DNA of 64,000 bases. Source: Desulfatiglandales bacterium. GTDB lineage: Bacteria > Desulfobacterota > DSM-4660 > Desulfatiglandales > Desulfatiglandaceae. The position numbers were made by a program, and so were the translations under genes. How positions within the stretch are numbered: position 1 is the first letter of the stretch; each line of letters begins with the position of its first letter. Below, one piece after another: positions 59,028 through 64,000 of the stretch. The notes under the pieces are model-generated. The model did no database searches. It was not told where the DNA came from and was given only the letters and a program-made list of their open reading frames with translations. The stretch is taken from the NCBI GenBank assembly GCA_963666345.1, contig OY762721.1:2368001-2432000 (forward strand). The letters are read 5' to 3'.

Positions 59028-59744
59028 ATGGGTTTCAGTTATGACTTCGACTGGGGAGTTTTGTGGAGACAGCCCTATGGACTCTGGCTGCTGCAGGGTG
59101 TGTGGCTCACCGTCAAAATAGGTATAGTGTCCTGGATAATCGCCCTGAGCACCGGCATATTCATAGGCACGCTTAGAGTCACGCCGTGGCGCATACTGCG
59201 CTTTTTCGCAACCGCCTACACGGAAGTCTTCCGGAATGTTCCCTTCCTTGTTCAGCTCTTTTTCTGGTATTACGGCGGGCCGATGATATTCGGAGACACA
59301 CTCGGCCGCCAGATCAACCAGATATCGGGTCTTAATTTCTACGTGGCCATCTTCGCCCTGGGCATCTATACCGCCTCCAGGGTGGCGGAGCACATGCGGG
59401 CGGGATTCGCCTCCATCAGCAGGGAGCAGTACCAGGCGGTCCTGTCCACCGGAATGACCCAGTATCAGATGTACCGCCACGTGATTGTTCCATATGCTCT
59501 AAGGATCATACTCCCGCCGCTTACGACCGAATTTCTCACCATATTCAAAAATACCTCAATCGCCATGACCATCGGGGTGGCGGAACTCACCTTTATGAGT
59601 TACCGCATCGATGCGGAGACCTTTCACGGCCTTGAGGCTACCACAGGCGCCATGTTCATCTATCTTGTACTGGGCATGACAGTGGTGAAGGCGATGGGTA
59701 TTGTTGAAAAAAGATTCCGGATACCGGGAATGATAGGGAGGTAG
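59028..59744 (+). CDS. Amino-acid ABC permease
   Basis: Y.E.FRN.P.LVQLFFWY, K.TS.A. Confidence 0.92.
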   Translation: MGFSYDFDWGVLWRQPYGLWLLQGVWLTVKIGIVSWIIALSTGIFIGTLRVTPWRILRFFATAYTEVFRNVPFLVQLFFWYYGGPMIFGDTLGRQINQISGLNFYVAIFALGIYTASRVAEHMRAGFASISREQYQAVLSTGMTQYQMYRHVIVPYALRIILPPLTTEFLTIFKNTSIAMTIGVAELTFMSYRIDAETFHGLEATTGAMFIYLVLGMTVVKAMGIVEKRFRIPGMIGR

Positions 59745-59746
59745 CC

Positions 59747-60403
59747 ATGTTCGATGCCGTAATACGCAATCTCCCTTTCCTTATGGGCGGATTCAGGGTA
59801 ACGCTGCAGCTCACACTGTTCGCGCTCGCAGGTGGTATCCTGCTCGGGGCGATCGTGGGGCTTGCGCGCATCTCCCGGAACAGATGGATTTACCAGCCTG
59901 TGACCATTTATGTCAATTTTCTCAGGAACATGCCGCTTATCCTGGTCATCTTCTGGTTCTATTTCGTCATGCCGGTTTTCATCGGGAGACCCCTTAACCC
60001 CTTTTTATCGGCGGTCATCTCCTTTATCATCTTCGAGGCGACCTATTTCGGGGAGATATTCCGGGCGGGCTACCAGTCGATAAGCAGGGACCTGATAAAC
60101 GCGGCCTATTCCACGGGGCTCACCTATACCCAGACGGCCAGGTATGTCCTTATCCCGATTGCCTTTCGGCGAATGCTGCCCAGCCTTATCACCCAGTCGA
60201 TCGTGACCTTTCAGGATACGAGCCTGGCCTTTGTCATAGGTCTCCAGGAACTGGTGCGGCGTACATCGATCGTGGACAATCTGGAAGTGCGTTCCATCGA
60301 GCTTTTCAGCTTCGTGGCCCTGGTGTTTTTTGTCTTCTGTTTTATCGGGTCGAAGATTTCTCACCATTTTGAAGAAAAGGGAAGGCAGACGGGAATCCTA
60401 TGA
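59747..60403 (+). CDS. Amino-acid ABC permease
   Basis: FEA.YF.EI.RAG.QSI, FQDTSL. Confidence 0.92.
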   Translation: MFDAVIRNLPFLMGGFRVTLQLTLFALAGGILLGAIVGLARISRNRWIYQPVTIYVNFLRNMPLILVIFWFYFVMPVFIGRPLNPFLSAVISFIIFEATYFGEIFRAGYQSISRDLINAAYSTGLTYTQTARYVLIPIAFRRMLPSLITQSIVTFQDTSLAFVIGLQELVRRTSIVDNLEVRSIELFSFVALVFFVFCFIGSKISHHFEEKGRQTGIL

Positions 60404-61125
60404 TAGAGATACATAATGTGAGCAAATGGTTCGGTGATTTCAGGGTCCTTACCGATGTAAACGAGATGATCGACAGGGGCCGGACGGTTGTCATCTGCGG
60501 CCCCAGCGGTTCGGGCAAGAGCACGCTGTTGAGGTGCGTGAACGGGCTAGAACCCTACCAGGAGGGAGAAATCATCGTGGACGGGATCTCTCTCAGTGAT
60601 TCCAGGACAAACCTCTATAGTCTGCGCCGGAAAATCGGTATGGTGTTCCAGCGTTTCGAACTTTATCCCCATATGCCTGTCCTGCGTAATATTACTCTCG
60701 CGCCCATGAAGGTGCTCAAGAAATCGAAGAAGGAGGCGGAGAAAAAGGCGATGGAACTGCTTGAAAGGGTCGGCATCAAGGAAAAAGTGGACGCCTATCC
60801 TGCCAACCTGTCCGGAGGGCAGCAGCAGCGGGTGGCCATCGCCCGGAGCCTGGCCATGGAGCCGAGCTATATGCTGTTCGATGAACCGACATCCGCGCTT
60901 GACCCGGAGATGATCAACGAAGTCCTGGACGTGATGATAGATCTGGCAAAGTCCGGTATGACCATGATTGTCGTCACCCACGAGATGGGTTTTGCCCGGG
61001 AGGTGGCGGACGAGATCATTTTCATGGATGAAGGCAGGATCGTTGAAAGGGGTACTGACGAGGACTTTTTCAAGAACCCCAAGAGCGATCGTACAAAAGC
61101 CTTTTTAAGCCAGATCCTGGTTTAA
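60400..61125 (+). CDS. Amino-acid ABC ATP-binding protein
   Basis: [33 protein letters not shown]. Confidence 0.95.
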   Translation: MIEIHNVSKWFGDFRVLTDVNEMIDRGRTVVICGPSGSGKSTLLRCVNGLEPYQEGEIIVDGISLSDSRTNLYSLRRKIGMVFQRFELYPHMPVLRNITLAPMKVLKKSKKEAEKKAMELLERVGIKEKVDAYPANLSGGQQQRVAIARSLAMEPSYMLFDEPTSALDPEMINEVLDVMIDLAKSGMTMIVVTHEMGFAREVADEIIFMDEGRIVERGTDEDFFKNPKSDRTKAFLSQILV

Positions 61126-61152
61126 ACTCCCAGCCGGGCAGGGAATATTGAT

Positions 61153-61866
61153 ATGGAAAAAAGTGTCGGAGTCCTTGGCGGCATGGGACCGGAGGCCACC
61201 CTTATATGTTTCAAAAGGATCATAAAGAACACTCCCGCCGGAAAAGACCAGGACCATATCCGTGTAATCATCGATTCAAACCCGAAGGTGCCGGACAGGA
61301 CCGAATCGATGCTTGAAAACGGCCCTTCCCCGGTCCCCCTTATGATTTCAGGCTGCAGGGCCCTTGAAAGGGCGGGGGCCGATTTTATCGTTATCCCATG
61401 TGTTACGGCCCATTTTTTCATCGATGAACTGAGGGCGGAAACGGATCTTCCGATCCTTTCCATACTGGATGCCTTTTCAGAGGCGGTTGAAAGAACAAAT
61501 CCTGAGATTGCAACCATCGGTCTCATGGGAACAAACGGCACCATTAAAAGCGGAATGTTTCAGAAAAGACTCGCACAGGCAGGCATCAAAACGATCATAT
61601 GCGACGATATGCATCAGGCACGGGTAATGGCCGCCATATATGATATCAAAAAGGGTGAAAGGGCGATAAGCGAAATCACGCCTGATCTTGAAGCGGCCGC
61701 TGAAAGCCTTGTTGAGCGGGGGGCTCAAGGGATTATCGCCGGATGCACGGAAATCCCCCTGGGCCTTTCACAGAAACATGTGTCCGTGCCCTTTTTCGAC
61801 TCCCTCCTCATACTCGCGCGCGCGGCCATCCGTGGCTGCGGCATCGAGCCTCTTCCCTCTTCCTAG
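61153..61866 (+). CDS. Aspartate/glutamate racemase family protein (aspartate racemase-like)
   Basis: GGMGP.AT, DQDH, PDRT, IPCVTAH and GCTEIP two-Cys motifs. Confidence 0.92.
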   Translation: MEKSVGVLGGMGPEATLICFKRIIKNTPAGKDQDHIRVIIDSNPKVPDRTESMLENGPSPVPLMISGCRALERAGADFIVIPCVTAHFFIDELRAETDLPILSILDAFSEAVERTNPEIATIGLMGTNGTIKSGMFQKRLAQAGIKTIICDDMHQARVMAAIYDIKKGERAISEITPDLEAAAESLVERGAQGIIAGCTEIPLGLSQKHVSVPFFDSLLILARAAIRGCGIEPLPSS

Positions 61867-62399
61867 CCTTTTCCGGATATCTCTTTGGTATTATCCGCGC
61901 ACGCGCGATCTACAAAGTACGCCACTGCGATAGAGCCTGCCATCATGAAAATGGTGAGAGTGAGCACATAGATCCATCCGAAATATGAGATCATAAGGGG
62001 AAGAAGAAAGGGTTTTATGGCCCGGTTTGAAAGAAAAAGGGCTATATTTCTATTTCCCGCCCCCTTTCCCCTGAGCTCCTTTAAGAGCGGATACCAGGCA
62101 TATATGGGCCCGAATGAGATGATTCCCGCGGAGGCTGATAAAAGCGCCCCCTTTATCCCGCCTTTCTTTCCAAGAAGCCTCACCACATGAGATGCCTTGA
62201 GAAAATGATTCAGCAGGATCATGAGGCAGAAGACCATGCAGATCGGAAAGGAAATAGTCCTGAAGATTCTCATGCTTGAAGCAAGACAGAGCCGGGCCCT
62301 TTCAGGAGATACCAGAAAAAGGATCAGGTAGACAATGATGACGGATCCGAGAAAGACAATTCGAAAGGAAGGGGCCTTTTTTTTGACGGTGTGTGCCAT
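61863..62399 (-). CDS. Putative permease half (DUF318-like)
   Basis: G.IS.GP.YAWYPLL..L..KG motif, multiple TMs. Confidence 0.75.
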   Translation of the reverse strand: MAHTVKKKAPSFRIVFLGSVIIVYLILFLVSPERARLCLASSMRIFRTISFPICMVFCLMILLNHFLKASHVVRLLGKKGGIKGALLSASAGIISFGPIYAWYPLLKELRGKGAGNRNIALFLSNRAIKPFLLPLMISYFGWIYVLTLTIFMMAGSIAVAYFVDRACADNTKEISGKG

Positions 62400-62401
62400 G
62401 A

Positions 62402-63157
62402 TCAGAAAATCCTCATTACCATGGCGGTTGCAAAGGCGATTGCGATGCTTGAGGCAAAGGAAACGCCGTTTCTGGTGAGGGCGAATCTTTTTCCGAGCGC
62501 GTCTATCTCGGCCGGCAGTTGAAAAATCCCCACGCTTACCCATGCGACCATAAAGGCGGTTACCGCGCCTATCCCAACACCGTTTTCAATAAGGGATCCG
62601 CCTATTATATAGCTGTTCACGGCATTTCCGGTAAAAAGGCTGCCCACGCAGGCGCCAAGGAGTGTGTTTACGGCCTCCCCGTTTGAAAAAAAGGCTGCCA
62701 GGAGCCCTTTTCCGACCAGTGCCTGAAACAGCCCGATCATAAGAACCACCCCCGCCATTACGGGGATGATGTTAAGAAACTGTCCAGCGGTTTTTTTGAC
62801 CGTCGGAAGGAACTCGTCAGGGGCCGGTTGTGAAGGCCCTGTATCCTTTTTGCCGAACCTTTCAAGGGCGTCCATGACGCCTCCTTCCACCTGCCTTATC
62901 ACGGTGATCCCGTTGTTAACGAGGTGCCTTTCGGCAGTGGGGCTTATGTACCCTGTGATAAGGAGATCGATCCCGTTGCCGATCGCAAGCACCACCCCGC
63001 TTATGCCTGCCTGGGAAGCAGAGGAGGCCCCCGGGTTGGCAACGGCCTCAAATTTCATGGTCTCGCTATCGACTACAAGAAGAAAGGGTGCCGTGCCGAA
63101 ACGGTCTGCGACCTGACCTTCAAGATCAGGCCTCTTTGCTGAAATTCCGATTTTCAT
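62402..63157 (-). CDS. NifB/NifX-type domain fused to permease half
   Basis: N-terminal KIGIS......V..RFG.AP.....D...NP, TG.I.P.A; C-terminal GN...SYIIG..L...GV...AVTAF..AWV.VG..QLPAE. Confidence 0.8.
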   Translation of the reverse strand: MKIGISAKRPDLEGQVADRFGTAPFLLVVDSETMKFEAVANPGASSASQAGISGVVLAIGNGIDLLITGYISPTAERHLVNNGITVIRQVEGGVMDALERFGKKDTGPSQPAPDEFLPTVKKTAGQFLNIIPVMAGVVLMIGLFQALVGKGLLAAFFSNGEAVNTLLGACVGSLFTGNAVNSYIIGGSLIENGVGIGAVTAFMVAWVSVGIFQLPAEIDALGKRFALTRNGVSFASSIAIAFATAMVMRIF

Positions 63158-63158
63158 G

Positions 63159-64000
63159 TTAATCCTTTTGCCGGCTGACTGCGGTACCCACGAAAAAGGC
63201 GAGAAGCGCCGGGATGACAAAGAGGGTGAAGAGGGTTGAAAAGGCCAGGCCGCCCAGAAGAACCGAGCCTATGCCTCGGTACATTTCGCTCCCCGAGCCG
63301 GTCGAGAGCACCAGGGGCATGAGCGCGAAGATACTGGTGCTGGTGCTCATGAAAATGGGCCTTATCCTTGTTCTTACCGATTCGGTGATGGCCTCCATGC
63401 CTTTCATGGCCTCATAGCGGATATTATTGAGCGTCTGATGCACGATGAGTATGGCGTTATTTACAACGGTGCCTATGAGGATTACGAAACCGAGCATGGT
63501 CAGCACGTCAAGGGGCTGTGGAAAGATGAAGCGATCGACCAGTCTGAGACCAATGAATCCGCCTGCCGCGGCAAGCGGCACTGTGAAGAGTATGATAAAG
63601 GGATAGAAGAAATTTTCGAACAGGGCCGACATGAGAAGATATGTTATGATAAGCGCGAGCAGGAAGTTCCACTGAAGGGCCTGCCTGGTGGTTACCAGTT
63701 TGTCCGCGTTTCCTCCTATGGAAACCTGGACCGACTTCAAGCGGTCCTTCCGCTTCATATCGTCGACCATGTCTTCAATCAGCTCCATGGCGGACTGGAG
63801 CGGGAGAGATTCCGGGGGGGTGACTTCGAGACGGATGTTGCGTTTTTTCTCGAGCCTGTCTATCTGCGTCATTCCCCTTTTGTATTCGATATGGGCCACA
63901 TCCCCTATCCTGATAAGCTGGCCCGTGTTGTTGGCAATGGAGCAGTCCAGGATCTCTTCCGGGGTTTTGAAATCCTTTTCATCGCTTCGCACCACAAGGT
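63159..64000 (-). CDS. RND efflux transporter permease, C-terminal part (5' partial)
   Basis: YLLM.ALFE, GTVVNNAILIV, RIRPIFM, GGL..ST..TL.VIP. Confidence 0.92.
   Translation of the reverse strand, partial: LVVRSDEKDFKTPEEILDCSIANNTGQLIRIGDVAHIEYKRGMTQIDRLEKKRNIRLEVTPPESLPLQSAMELIEDMVDDMKRKDRLKSVQVSIGGNADKLVTTRQALQWNFLLALIITYLLMSALFENFFYPFIILFTVPLAAAGGFIGLRLVDRFIFPQPLDVLTMLGFVILIGTVVNNAILIVHQTLNNIRYEAMKGMEAITESVRTRIRPIFMSTSTSIFALMPLVLSTGSGSEMYRGIGSVLLGGLAFSTLFTLFVIPALLAFFVGTAVSRQKD

Overview
Chromosomal window from a Gram-negative anaerobe, most likely Desulfobacterota (inferred from gene content: IorAB, FliW/CsrA, HDOD/GGDEF proteins, sigma54 promoters, typical intergenic MITEs). 1-21.3 kb is a motility block: fliK-like, FlhB-C-like, flgFGAHIJ, flgNKL, csrA, fliW, followed by uncharacterised genes (a LysM-like/NlpC-P60 protein, a divergent trio made of a wHTH-like/FGE-fold protein, a small acidic protein and a wHTH-like/Zn-ribbon protein), a hybrid kinase, a GGDEF and an HDOD protein. 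I can read four sigma54-type and two sigma28-type promoters directly in this block, including a back-to-back sigma54 pair driving the unknown trio. After tRNA-Pro(TGG) come housekeeping and metabolic genes (folD, DedA, YfgM-like, acyl-CoA ligase + iorAB, Hsp20 + Lon-like protease, nucleoside ABC + PRTase, purB, VUT, dus, FadL, TetR + RND pump, MarR, asnA, Glu/Asp ABC + aspartate racemase, NifX-permease fusion, partial RND). Intergenic DNA holds several small non-autonomous elements: a REP-like palindrome family, nested MITEs, terminal-repeat hairpins and an internally deleted four-helix-bundle gene remnant. No CRISPR array, rRNA, integrase or transposase was seen. All family calls are from reading motifs by eye; no database search was run.
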